The translations under genes and the position numbers were made by a program. The notes below the pieces were generated by a model that saw only the letters and a list, made by a program, of their open reading frames with translations, made no database searches and was not told the DNA's origin. This document shows, one piece after another, positions 1 to 10,173 of a DNA stretch of 28,002 bases (position 1 is the stretch's first letter; every line of letters starts with the position of its first letter). The DNA comes from a virus (taxonomy: Duplodnaviria > Caudoviricetes), in IMG/VR virus record IMGVR_UViG_3300025570_002181, positions 1-28,002 of that record, one strand, 5' to 3'.

Positions 1-159
1 AGTTTTACCTGTGCCACTTGGGCCATAAAAAATCATATTGTTCATATCATTTTCAGATATGTTCTTAGCCATAACACCTTTAAGGTGCTCATTACCTATG
101 TAATTATCCAGTGTGGTTGGCCTGTATTTCTCGACCCAAAGGGAATTATTCGTAGCCAT
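1..159 (-). CDS. Clamp loader AAA+ subunit (RFC small / T4 gp44-like), N-terminal part only; runs off the window edge
   Basis: Not in ORF track. Manual translation MATNNSLWVEKYRPTTLDNYIGNEHLKGVMAKNISENDMNNMIFYGPSGTGKT has the RFC box WVEKYRP and Walker A GPSGTGKT. Alternative ATG at 165. Confidence 0.92.
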   Translation of the reverse strand, partial: MATNNSLWVEKYRPTTLDNYIGNEHLKGVMAKNISENDMNNMIFYGPSGTGKT

Positions 160-415
160 CTCCATAAAAGTCAAATGTTTTAATTGGTTCGGGTTTAATT
201 TCAATCTCAACTCTAGCTACTGAATATAAAGCACTCCCAATGGGGTCTAAATAAAAAGCAGCATTAAATCGAGTTTTTTGGAAATATGCTTCTAATGTTT
301 CAGTAAGGGAAGAATGGACGACCCCCTGGGGGTCGTCCACTAATCTCCAAGAATCTCCAGGTGCAACTCTCTTTGCGATGAGTTGCTTCTGTTCTACTGT
401 TTCAAATCCAGACAT
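146..415 (-). CDS. Hypothetical protein (89 aa)
   Basis: Fills the gap between groEL and the clamp loader on the same strand and overlaps the next start; no recognised motif. Confidence 0.75.
   Translation of the reverse strand: MSGFETVEQKQLIAKRVAPGDSWRLVDDPQGVVHSSLTETLEAYFQKTRFNAAFYLDPIGSALYSVARVEIEIKPEPIKTFDFYGDGYE
315..339. repeat. Perfect 12-bp GC-rich inverted repeat inside a CDS
   Basis: TGGACGACCCCC-T-GGGGGTCGTCCA read directly from the sequence. Confidence 0.9.
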
Positions 416-424
416 TATCTAAAT

Positions 425-2330
<1,906 letters not shown>

Positions 2331-2331
<1 letters not shown>

Positions 2332-2585
2332 TATAAAAATTTTTCGTTAAATTTGTTTAAAATTGATTTATATTCACTAATATACTGTTTAATACTATCG
2401 TAAGACTTACCTTTCATAGTATTGTCTGCGATTTGTTTGAGGGCCGAACTTAAGTTCTTATAATGGCCTACACATGAGTCGTAAGGGATTCCGCTATCAG
2501 GAGTGATAACTTTGTAAGCTGAGAAATTATATTCGTCTAAAACGATATAATAATCTCCTAAAATAGCATCTTTAATATACTGCAT
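2331..2585 (-). CDS. Hypothetical protein (84 aa), first gene of the groESL unit
   Basis: TAATG overlap with groES; follows a promoter-like element. Confidence 0.75.
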
Positions 2586-2639
2586 AACCTTTTAAAAATT
2601 AATTAAATTACGTTTGATTGCGGTCGCAACCTTACCCCG

Positions 2640-2671
2640 TAAATATACGAACGAATCTTCAGGACTCCAAA
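2640..2671 (-). promoter_or_regulatory. Bacteroidota-type promoter TTTG-N20-TATATTTA
   Basis: Minus strand TTTG GAGTCCTGAAGATTCGTTCG TATATTTA resembles the -33 TTTG / -7 TAnnTTTG consensus; same motif recurs in other intergenic gaps. Confidence 0.75.
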
Positions 2672-2678
2672 TTTTTTA

Positions 2679-3110
2679 TTATTTAATTTTAAGGTATTTT
2701 GGCTTTGCTTCGTTAGCAAGTGGGATTTGGATTTGAAGTAAACCATTTACCATTTCGGCAGATGATTTTACAAGATCAAATCGACGTGCTACTTTCCAGC
2801 CTAAATCAAAGCTGCTCTTTTTTACCCCTGAGTGGTAGTAGCGTTTTTCTTTTGTGGATTGTTGTTCGGATCCTTTATCATAGGATACTTTAAGGATATC
2901 ACCTTCAATTGAGATGTCTACATCGTCTTTACTTAGTCCAGTACATGCGATCTCAAAATTTAAACCATTTTCATCTTCATACACATCAATAGGATGTGTA
3001 ACGCTTGTTCGTGATGGTTTGTCAAAAATTGCTTCTTTGTCGAAAAAGTTCTTTACTAGAACGTCTAGAGGTGAAGTAAACCTCGGATTGAATAAATCTA
3101 CGTGTGTCAT
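2679..3110 (-). CDS. Small heat-shock protein (Hsp20/alpha-crystallin)
   Basis: PIDVYE, GLSKDDVDISIEGDILKV, AEMVNGLLQIQIP; adjacent to groESL. Confidence 0.93.
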   Translation of the reverse strand: MTHVDLFNPRFTSPLDVLVKNFFDKEAIFDKPSRTSVTHPIDVYEDENGLNFEIACTGLSKDDVDISIEGDILKVSYDKGSEQQSTKEKRYYHSGVKKSSFDLGWKVARRFDLVKSSAEMVNGLLQIQIPLANEAKPKYLKIK

Positions 3111-3196
3111 TTTTTACGTTTTTGTGCCCCCTAAGGTAGCGGTTAATAATTAATTCTCATAACTTAGGCGTCCTGAAGGTTCACCCGAATTTTCTA

Positions 3197-3227
3197 TAAA
3201 TATACGAAACTTATTTTTTAATGCAAA
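3197..3227 (-). promoter_or_regulatory. Promoter TTTG-N19-TATATTTA upstream of hsp20
   Basis: Minus strand TTTG CATTAAAAAATAAGTTTCG TATATTTA. Confidence 0.7.
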
Positions 3228-3228
3228 A

Positions 3229-3702
3229 TCATTTTATAATTCCTGCTCTGTGCTGCCATTGACGTTTAGTCCAATTTTCAATTTCTAATCTTTCATTCAT
3301 TTCTTTATCATATTTGATTGAAATTTCTCTTCGTTTAGCGGATTGGAAATTCTCAGGATTATCTATAAATTCCTGTTTTAGAGAAGTAAATTCTTCATCA
3401 GTAAGCTGTTCAAATTCACCTTGTGATCGAGCATGATTCATTAATCCCATAGCTAACCTAACATAAAGTTCAGGTTGGAGCTCTAATACTCCCGCAGGGT
3501 TAATTTGATTAAACTCAGTTTGGAATTCATATTTTTCTTTAAAAGCATCTATATCTTGAACCCATTTACTTAATCCCCCTTCAATGTGCTTTTCTAAAAA
3601 ATCAACTCCTGATAGACTGTTTCTAAAGGTGTCGTTAATGATTTCCATAGTACGATCTGTAGCGTATCCTATATCATTGTATGTTGAACTAATTTGTGCC
3701 AT
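3229..3702 (-). CDS. Hypothetical protein (157 aa)
   Basis: Same-strand ORF tightly packed after the clamp gene; no recognised motif. Confidence 0.75.
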   Translation of the reverse strand: MAQISSTYNDIGYATDRTMEIINDTFRNSLSGVDFLEKHIEGGLSKWVQDIDAFKEKYEFQTEFNQINPAGVLELQPELYVRLAMGLMNHARSQGEFEQLTDEEFTSLKQEFIDNPENFQSAKRREISIKYDKEMNERLEIENWTKRQWQHRAGIIK

Positions 3703-3713
3703 ATTGATAAATA

Positions 3714-4466
3714 TTAATAATCTGCTTTCCGTACAACGAAATAAGTAGTATTTGTGTTTTCATCTTCTGATGTGAAAATTAAACGAAGTAATCCATCATC
3801 CGCAAAACTTAATTTACATTCATCAGAATTTTTATTAGCACTAAATATTTCCCTTAACATTTCACTGTTAAATGGAATTTTATTATCTTCTCGAGTACCC
3901 TCAATAAAGTTAGCATTAACATGAAATTCTACTTTATTAGAAAATTCCATACGTTCACCAAATGTAAACTTTAAAATAGGAGTATCGATTGTATCCCTAG
4001 TAGCACTTAATGTAACAATTTCATTCCCTTGAATTGAAGCGGCTGCTCGTACAAACGTAGTGAAGTCATCATTTTCAAGTGTTGTTTCTACTTTCCATTC
4101 GATATTTTCATCTACCTCACCTACTTTATGTATCATAAGAGGATCAGCTAATGAGTAATTGATAGAAGCTTTAGCGTCTTGAATAGTAAGTTTAGTTAAT
4201 ACTTTATTTGTTTTAGAAGCATCAAGCATTAAATCACCCGCTAATACATTTAGTAGTCTATTAAGTTGTGTTGTGTTAAAGATAGCCATTTCACCCTCAT
4301 TAACCATAGAAAAGTCACTACATGATAGTTTACCAATCATATCCTTAGTAGGTGCCATAAAATCAATATCAAGTTTACTATCCTTGACTTTCCATTTAAC
4401 AGATTCTACTTTACCCCCAAGGTAATACTTAGAAATAATCGATTGTAATTTGTTTTTTGTTATCAT
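3714..4466 (-). CDS. Putative DNA polymerase sliding clamp (gp45/PCNA-like)
   Basis: 250 aa with alternating beta/alpha pattern, ATGA-coupled to the PolB C-terminal gene, clamp loader nearby. Based on size and synteny more than motif. Confidence 0.7.
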   Translation of the reverse strand: MITKNKLQSIISKYYLGGKVESVKWKVKDSKLDIDFMAPTKDMIGKLSCSDFSMVNEGEMAIFNTTQLNRLLNVLAGDLMLDASKTNKVLTKLTIQDAKASINYSLADPLMIHKVGEVDENIEWKVETTLENDDFTTFVRAAASIQGNEIVTLSATRDTIDTPILKFTFGERMEFSNKVEFHVNANFIEGTREDNKIPFNSEMLREIFSANKNSDECKLSFADDGLLRLIFTSEDENTNTTYFVVRKADY

Positions 4467-5395
4467 TGGAATTGGAAGAATTTATTAATGTTAGGGTTTA
4501 AGCTAAGAGTCCAACCTAGATCGGTGTAAAAATTTTCTAGTTTAGATTGAAGAATTGTTTCGAATGATTTTTTTCTATCAGCATAATCATTTAGGAATTT
4601 ACGCATTCTATCAGGAACATCAAATGATAGGAAACCAATTGCTTCAATTTTATAGGGATTGTCAATTAAATAAATCCATTTAATCTTATCACCTTGAACT
4701 ATAGTACTATGTTGTTTATCTAGTTGCCAAAAGTGAAGTAAGTCATTATATCTAACTGCTGCTTTTACTCCTACAGGAGCTCCTTTTGCTATTTCAGTTA
4801 ATACTTCACCTGCTCTTGGTTTTCGAGTTACATATTCATTTAAAGTTTTTACTGATGTGGGGTTGCCTAAAAGGGCAATATCTGTACTGTTAGATAAAAT
4901 TGTAGTTCTAAAATCTAAAATTAGCTTATCAATATGTTTCTGCTCTGCGCCCTTTAGAATTTGTTGGAGAATATCATTAAAAAACTTCCCAAAAATAGGG
5001 GGGAAATTTGCTTTTTTAAATTCAAGTCCTTTAATATCAAGTGATTCCTTAGCAATACCCTCCTGTTTTGTAATCCATTGGGCGTATCTTCTAGTAGCTC
5101 TAAAATAGGCAGAACGAATAACGGCTTCAGTTTTCATTTCAAGCCTGTGTTCTGTAACATTAAAACAATCTCGAGCTAGTCTATCATAGTCATTTGTAAT
5201 AATATCTTGATATTTAAGGGCAATTTCTTCTAGTAGATCATCCTTCTCTATATCACCCATTTCTTCGAAATTAGGGTACAAATGTTTAAGTAGGGGTTCA
5301 GCATTAAAGTAATTAGAATCTGTGTCTACATAAGCACAAAAGTTGTAATCGCCTTCATCACAAATCCACCAAGGTGTTTCTTCTAAATGTTTCAT
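4463..5395 (-). CDS. Family B DNA polymerase, C-terminal subunit (motif C, thumb)
   Basis: YVDTDS catalytic motif, RRYA, LDIKGLE, GDKIKWIYL. Confidence 0.93.
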   Translation of the reverse strand: MKHLEETPWWICDEGDYNFCAYVDTDSNYFNAEPLLKHLYPNFEEMGDIEKDDLLEEIALKYQDIITNDYDRLARDCFNVTEHRLEMKTEAVIRSAYFRATRRYAQWITKQEGIAKESLDIKGLEFKKANFPPIFGKFFNDILQQILKGAEQKHIDKLILDFRTTILSNSTDIALLGNPTSVKTLNEYVTRKPRAGEVLTEIAKGAPVGVKAAVRYNDLLHFWQLDKQHSTIVQGDKIKWIYLIDNPYKIEAIGFLSFDVPDRMRKFLNDYADRKKSFETILQSKLENFYTDLGWTLSLNPNINKFFQFQ

Positions 5396-5661
5396 TAAAA
5401 CCTAGCTTCGGGATCAACTTGTTGAATTCCTCCATCTTTAAGACCTCTAGAAGTTAAAATAGGTTCTGTAATAACAATTTTGAATTTGTTATTATCTATT
5501 TTAACAGTACCTCCTTGTTTAAGCATTTTTTTAAAGAATAGGATCTGCTTATCACTCCAAAGAACACTCATATCTATAATTTCTTGTTTAGAAATAGGTT
5601 CTCCATTCCAAGTAATTTTTACGTTATTCCTTATTGATTGGGGTTTTAATACTTCGCTCAT
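5395..5661 (-). CDS. Hypothetical protein (88 aa) between the two polymerase genes
   Basis: Start and stop overlap both neighbours (ATGA and TAATG). Confidence 0.8.
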   Translation of the reverse strand: MSEVLKPQSIRNNVKITWNGEPISKQEIIDMSVLWSDKQILFFKKMLKQGGTVKIDNNKFKIVITEPILTSRGLKDGGIQQVDPEARF

Positions 5662-6302
5662 AATGTTTTATATTTAAATTTATAGCCGTTTGTTTGCCCG
5701 AATATCCCCCTACATACTTTAGATATAGTGCTGGGATTTGAGTTGGTAGCTTCAGCGGCAAGGTTAATACTAGCATATTCACCAATATACGTCCCATCTT
5801 TTGTATAGCAAAGCACAGCTTTTCTGTTTTTATCTTTAGGAATACCTTTATGGGATTCACTTACTTTTTTACCAAATCCCTCGGGTTTAGGAACTCCTAA
5901 TCTTACTTCCCTCATCATATCCCCAAATCCTTCAGGTTTAGGTTTACCTTTCAAAGCCATTTGAATTCGTTTTTTATAGGTTGGAGGTTGGGGTGTACCT
6001 TTTCTACTCCAAGTTTTACGTTTTTGTTTAAAAACATCATTAGATTCTTTAGTTCTAGTATTTTGTGCCGGCCCTCCTCCACCTTTATTTTTATTTTCTA
6101 ATATATATCCTTGCTGGGTAATTTTATTAATCCAATATTGTTCTATTTCTTTTTTCTTATCATTGGTAGTTTCAGCTAATACTTCCATTTTAATATTAGT
6201 ACCAAAGTTATATTTATGTAAGTTAAAACGTTGTTTTGGATTTTTAGAATAGCCTATATAAAAAGGTTTACCTGCTCTTAATAATTGGTATATTGTTATC
6301 AT
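5658..6302 (-). CDS. GIY-YIG homing endonuclease with NUMOD-type DNA-binding domains
   Basis: ITIY...FYIG...R...E...NKNKGGGG nuclease domain, PKPEGFG repeats, C-terminal NUMOD1-like SINLAAEAT...ISKVCRG...GYKFKY. Start moved to ATG 6302. Confidence 0.88.
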   Translation of the reverse strand: MITIYQLLRAGKPFYIGYSKNPKQRFNLHKYNFGTNIKMEVLAETTNDKKKEIEQYWINKITQQGYILENKNKGGGGPAQNTRTKESNDVFKQKRKTWSRKGTPQPPTYKKRIQMALKGKPKPEGFGDMMREVRLGVPKPEGFGKKVSESHKGIPKDKNRKAVLCYTKDGTYIGEYASINLAAEATNSNPSTISKVCRGIFGQTNGYKFKYKTL

Positions 6303-6331
6303 AGTTATACATATTACATGAGCAGGGCAAA

Positions 6332-8035
6332 TCATAGATTTTCTAAAAAATCTTTTGTAGCTTCAGGGCTCTTAACTAAACTGTTCATATGGCGATTAGC
6401 ACATAGGGCACTCTCACAGATAATTCGTTGTCCACTTAAAGTTATAGCCTCACTTAAGATTACATTACCATATCTAAATGAACCCAAAGCGGTAGCACCA
6501 TAAAGTGAATTAAGCAAAATTTTCATAGTATGTTGACGTTGGTGCCAAAATACCCCTTTTTCCTTATCACCTGATTGGTATGCTTTTTTCATATAACCTT
6601 TATATTTCACTCGTTCATCGAACCATTTATCAAGAATAGTAGCTAGTACAGAACGTTTATCAGTACGGAAGATAACACCATTTGCTGATATAGCAAAGTT
6701 ATTGTCTTCGATAAGTTTTATAAGTTTATTTACCTTAATATAAGTTTGTTTTCTATCAGGATTTTCAATTAAAAGTTCTTCGTCTGCATCTCTAGTTTTT
6801 AAATCATTTAATCCTAAACGATTATTCCTATCATCAGCATCTACGATACGAGCCATAAGTGTTTCTTTACCTATGTTAAGGGACATAATAATAGAAGGAT
6901 ATAGTGAAGTTAAATCCTCATCAAACATATACTTGTAAAGTCCTGCTTTGGGACAAAATAAATATCCCCCAGCATATCCCTTTTTAAAAATAGGATTTCT
7001 ATCTCTAGAAGGAGGAACAATATTTTGTCCTAATAAATAAGCTGAAATGGCTCCATCTTGGGTTTTGGTGTTAGCATAAACTTCTCCATAGTTATGTTTA
7101 CCTTTATGAGATAGGTTTTTTACTAAAGCTATATATTCAAACTTTTCATCTAACTCCTTAAGTATTTCTACATCTCGGAAGTTATATTTAATAAATTTCT
7201 GGATGTCGTCTTCAAATAATCTGTCTAGATTACCTTCATATTCGATTTTACCTAAACCCACATACTTTTCCCCAATAGCATCTAAACGCATTGATGGTTC
7301 ATCTCTAAAACTAAACTTTTTATGTAGTTTCATATAGTCTAGGGATTCAACTCCAGCAATATTAAGCCACCCATTGCGGTTCCATTGGCTTTCGTCTTTT
7401 ACTACACCTATAGGAGACAAAGCATTAGCAAAATCTTCTCCTAATACATTACAAATCCTGTAGTATAAGTAGGGAATATCGAAATAATCACTATTCCATC
7501 CTACAAGGATATCAGGTTGAATTTCACTAAATTTTTCAATAAATGTAGCTAATAATTCTTCTTCAGTAGCTACAGGAATAATTTCCTTATGTCCCTTAGT
7601 ATGGTTAATTTGTCCTTTTTTATCTAAAATAAGAATAACCCATTCATCAGGTGTTTTATCATACCAAGCAATTGAAGTTACAGGTTTTGGAGCTGATTGG
7701 ATATATTCCTCAGTAAGGGCTCCCCCCATTTCAATCTCAATATCAAAAAATACCTCTCTGTGTCCCTTAGACACACTATCATCAGTTCCATATTTTTCAA
7801 TAAGGAATTTTTGATAAGCGGGCATATCATGAAAGTGGAGACGTGGGTTATCTTTATCCCAGTTGTAGGTTTTCTTTAACCATTCACCCTTTAGTCCCTG
7901 GTATTCTGCTTCACGTTCAGAACATTCTATGTAAGCAGGAACTCGGTAAGGTTCTACTGAATATCCTTCTTCGGTCCATAAGTGCATTTTATACTGGTTT
8001 TTACCAGCATATTCAGCATGACATTTAGTAAACAT
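6332..8035 (-). CDS. Family B DNA polymerase, N-terminal subunit (3'-5' exonuclease, motifs A and B)
   Basis: ExoI FDIE, ExoII GWNSDYFDIPY, ExoIII YNFRD, motif A DLTSLYPS, motif B KILLNSLYG; ends before motif C. Confidence 0.95.
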   Translation of the reverse strand: MFTKCHAEYAGKNQYKMHLWTEEGYSVEPYRVPAYIECSEREAEYQGLKGEWLKKTYNWDKDNPRLHFHDMPAYQKFLIEKYGTDDSVSKGHREVFFDIEIEMGGALTEEYIQSAPKPVTSIAWYDKTPDEWVILILDKKGQINHTKGHKEIIPVATEEELLATFIEKFSEIQPDILVGWNSDYFDIPYLYYRICNVLGEDFANALSPIGVVKDESQWNRNGWLNIAGVESLDYMKLHKKFSFRDEPSMRLDAIGEKYVGLGKIEYEGNLDRLFEDDIQKFIKYNFRDVEILKELDEKFEYIALVKNLSHKGKHNYGEVYANTKTQDGAISAYLLGQNIVPPSRDRNPIFKKGYAGGYLFCPKAGLYKYMFDEDLTSLYPSIIMSLNIGKETLMARIVDADDRNNRLGLNDLKTRDADEELLIENPDRKQTYIKVNKLIKLIEDNNFAISANGVIFRTDKRSVLATILDKWFDERVKYKGYMKKAYQSGDKEKGVFWHQRQHTMKILLNSLYGATALGSFRYGNVILSEAITLSGQRIICESALCANRHMNSLVKSPEATKDFLENL

Positions 8036-8055
8036 AACTTAATTGTATTCTATTG

Positions 8056-9069
8056 TTAGGGTTGACGACCTGTCAGACCCTGATGGTGATGGGGTGTTGG
8101 TGGGTTTTTTTTTTCACCATATACTTCTAAAGGCTTTTCTACCTCTACTATTTTTTCTACCTCTACTATTTTTTCTACCTCTACTATTTTTTCTACCTCT
8201 ACTATTTTTTCTACAGGTACTTCAACTACTTTTTCAACTACTTTAATTTTTTCTTTAATTTCAGGACGTAATTTAGCAAATGCAAAGTTTGCAGCTACTA
8301 CTAAAGATATGGCCAAAGGGTCGAAAACAAAAATTATTATTAAAAGTAAGTAATTTATTATTTTATCCATCGCTAGGCCTGTTAAACCCGAAAGATATTT
8401 AAGGGGGCCTAACTCACTTCCAATTTCACTACTAGTCTGTACTTCTACTATTTCGGTTTCGTACTCAAATAGTTTTTGATTTAAATCATCTACCCTAGAG
8501 TTAATTGATGTTTGTCTTTCAATTGCTTGATCTAACTGACGTTCAAGGGCCCTACGAGTAGCGCCTGAGGTTGTTGTAACCACGTTGCCTAACGTGTCCG
8601 TATATTGTACTACATTGTTAGATAAACCATTACGCAGTGAGGACACGGCGTTATTAATAGAAGATTTTTCTTCGTTATAAACCGCTAATTGACCCTTCAC
8701 ATTATCTCTTTTTGTTTCTATAAGAGCAATTTGAGAATCAACACTACCCGCTAATGCTGCTGTTTCTTGGTAGGCAGCAGATAAAAATCCATAAATACCA
8801 GCTGAGGTAATTAGTATAAGGACAAAACAAGCTACAGTTAAGTAAGTTCTAAGCCCTTTATTAATTGTATCCCAGTATTGATAGAGTAAAGAAGCTATTA
8901 CAAGCTTTGAAATTTCTAGAGAACCGGCCATTATAAACACCTCAGTTGAAGCACCCGCAAACAATTTACTTAGTCCTGTGACTGAATAAAATGCTGCAGA
9001 TGCCGAAACTGATAAGGCGCTTAATGCTATAATAAAAGGAAATATTCTTTCTTGTAGCTTCTTAAACAT
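8056..9069 (-). CDS. Membrane protein with coiled coil and VEVEKI repeat tail
   Basis: Three N-terminal hydrophobic helices, long heptad region, further TM segment around IIFVFDPLAISL. Confidence 0.8.
   Translation of the reverse strand: MFKKLQERIFPFIIALSALSVSASAAFYSVTGLSKLFAGASTEVFIMAGSLEISKLVIASLLYQYWDTINKGLRTYLTVACFVLILITSAGIYGFLSAAYQETAALAGSVDSQIALIETKRDNVKGQLAVYNEEKSSINNAVSSLRNGLSNNVVQYTDTLGNVVTTTSGATRRALERQLDQAIERQTSINSRVDDLNQKLFEYETEIVEVQTSSEIGSELGPLKYLSGLTGLAMDKIINYLLLIIIFVFDPLAISLVVAANFAFAKLRPEIKEKIKVVEKVVEVPVEKIVEVEKIVEVEKIVEVEKIVEVEKPLEVYGEKKNPPTPHHHQGLTGRQP
8135..8214. repeat. 18-bp tandem repeat, 4 perfect copies plus a partial
   Basis: Unit TTTTCTACCTCTACTATT at 8135, 8153, 8171 and 8189; encodes (IVEVEK)n on the minus strand. 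Confidence 0.95.
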
Positions 9070-9323
9070 TAGTTTTGATTATACATATTGAGATAGGCTA
9101 GTTTAGGATTAGCTCCTACTTTTCTTCCTTGTTCTTCACCCATTTCGTTAAGTAAAATAACGGTTGGTACATTACGAACCCCGTAATGTTGTGATATTTC
9201 TGGGCTCTTATCTACATCAATTTTTTGGACTGAAATGCCTTCTTGAGCAACTTCATCCATTACGGGCCCTAACATTCGACAGGGTTGACACCACATCGCG
9301 CTAAAGTATAAAAATTTTTTCAT
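9069..9323 (-). CDS. trxA: Thioredoxin
   Basis: WCQPC active site, KIDVD, cis-Pro loop VRNVPT. Start moved to ATG 9323 (MKKFLYFSA). Confidence 0.93.
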   Translation of the reverse strand: MKKFLYFSAMWCQPCRMLGPVMDEVAQEGISVQKIDVDKSPEISQHYGVRNVPTVILLNEMGEEQGRKVGANPKLAYLNMYNQN

Positions 9324-9327
9324 TTGT

Positions 9328-9918
9328 TTAGTTTTTAGTTTTAAATTCCCAAATATAACCATAAGCAGTTTTTTGATTCCCTCTACAACAGGCACCAATA
9401 CCATCACTATTAGGTTTGTTCATATATATTTGAGCTTCTTTTTGTGATTTAAATTCTTTAATTAAGTTTTTATCTAGATCATATTGGAGAACTGGTTGGT
9501 CAAGCCATGTTATAGGTCTTTCTTTAAGGAAATTTCTAGTTTCTTTAATTTTTTGTTTATGTTCCTTACTAAAAGGTTTTCCTTTATGTGCCATGGATTT
9601 TCCAGTTAGTGATTGTGATATTTTTTTACCTCGAGTTGGATGGGAAGAAATTTTTTGTTTAGTTAATTTACTCATTTTATCTAAACCTCCTCCCCCTTCA
9701 TTTTTATTTAATAAATTATATCCTAAATCTTTGTATTTTTTAATATAATATTTTTCCCAACGTCTCCAATTTTTAACTTCACTTATGATAACCATTTCAA
9801 TGTTATGGCCATAAGTTTGTTTATGGTTATGAAATCTAAAATATGGTTTTCTTGATTTACCAATATAAAAGGGTTTATTGTCTCCGTTATGTAAGTAATA
9901 TATTTTGGTGTGTTCCAT
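9328..9918 (-). CDS. GIY-YIG homing endonuclease with NUMOD3/NUMOD1 domains
   Basis: KIYYL...FYIGKS...R...WE...LLNKNEGGGG, SKEHKQKI, PVLQYDL...IGACCRGNQKTAYGYIW. Start moved to ATG 9918. Confidence 0.88.
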   Translation of the reverse strand: MEHTKIYYLHNGDNKPFYIGKSRKPYFRFHNHKQTYGHNIEMVIISEVKNWRRWEKYYIKKYKDLGYNLLNKNEGGGGLDKMSKLTKQKISSHPTRGKKISQSLTGKSMAHKGKPFSKEHKQKIKETRNFLKERPITWLDQPVLQYDLDKNLIKEFKSQKEAQIYMNKPNSDGIGACCRGNQKTAYGYIWEFKTKN

Positions 9919-9956
9919 GATTATACATATGTGCAAACTCAAGGAACACACCAAAA
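9903..9956 (-). promoter_or_regulatory. Start-codon-sequestering hairpin overlapping a promoter
   Basis: Perfect 14-bp inverted repeat 9903-9916 / 9943-9956 plus 3 bp more after a mismatch; TTTG-N20-CATATGTA lies 5 nt before the ATG. Confidence 0.8.
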
Positions 9957-9957
9957 A

Positions 9958-10173
9958 TCATACTAATTCTTCTATAATACCTACAATTTCACTTACTACA
10001 AGTAAAATAGTGGCGGTTATTAAATTAAAAGGAATAAATCCGTAACCAATTATTCTAATACCTGATTTGATAAAAGAAATTCTGCGGTGCCATTTTTGAT
10101 CTGGCATTTGTTCTAAGTTTTTCATTTTGCTTGAATATGTTCCCCTAAGGGCTTCTGTTAATCCATCACTCAT
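9958..10173 (-). CDS. Small membrane protein (71 aa)
   Basis: Hydrophobic C-terminal half; ATGA overlap with the upstream gene. Confidence 0.7.
   Translation of the reverse strand: MSDGLTEALRGTYSSKMKNLEQMPDQKWHRRISFIKSGIRIIGYGFIPFNLITATILLVVSEIVGIIEELV

Noticed and set aside
5396-6331. Group I intron or intein interrupting the polymerase
   Set aside because: The gap is filled by two overlapping ORFs with only ~30 non-coding nt, no P/Q/R/S core is recognisable, and both halves have their own start and stop with no intein termini.
8135-8214. CRISPR-like array
   Set aside because: Head-to-tail 18-bp units with no spacers, in frame within a CDS.
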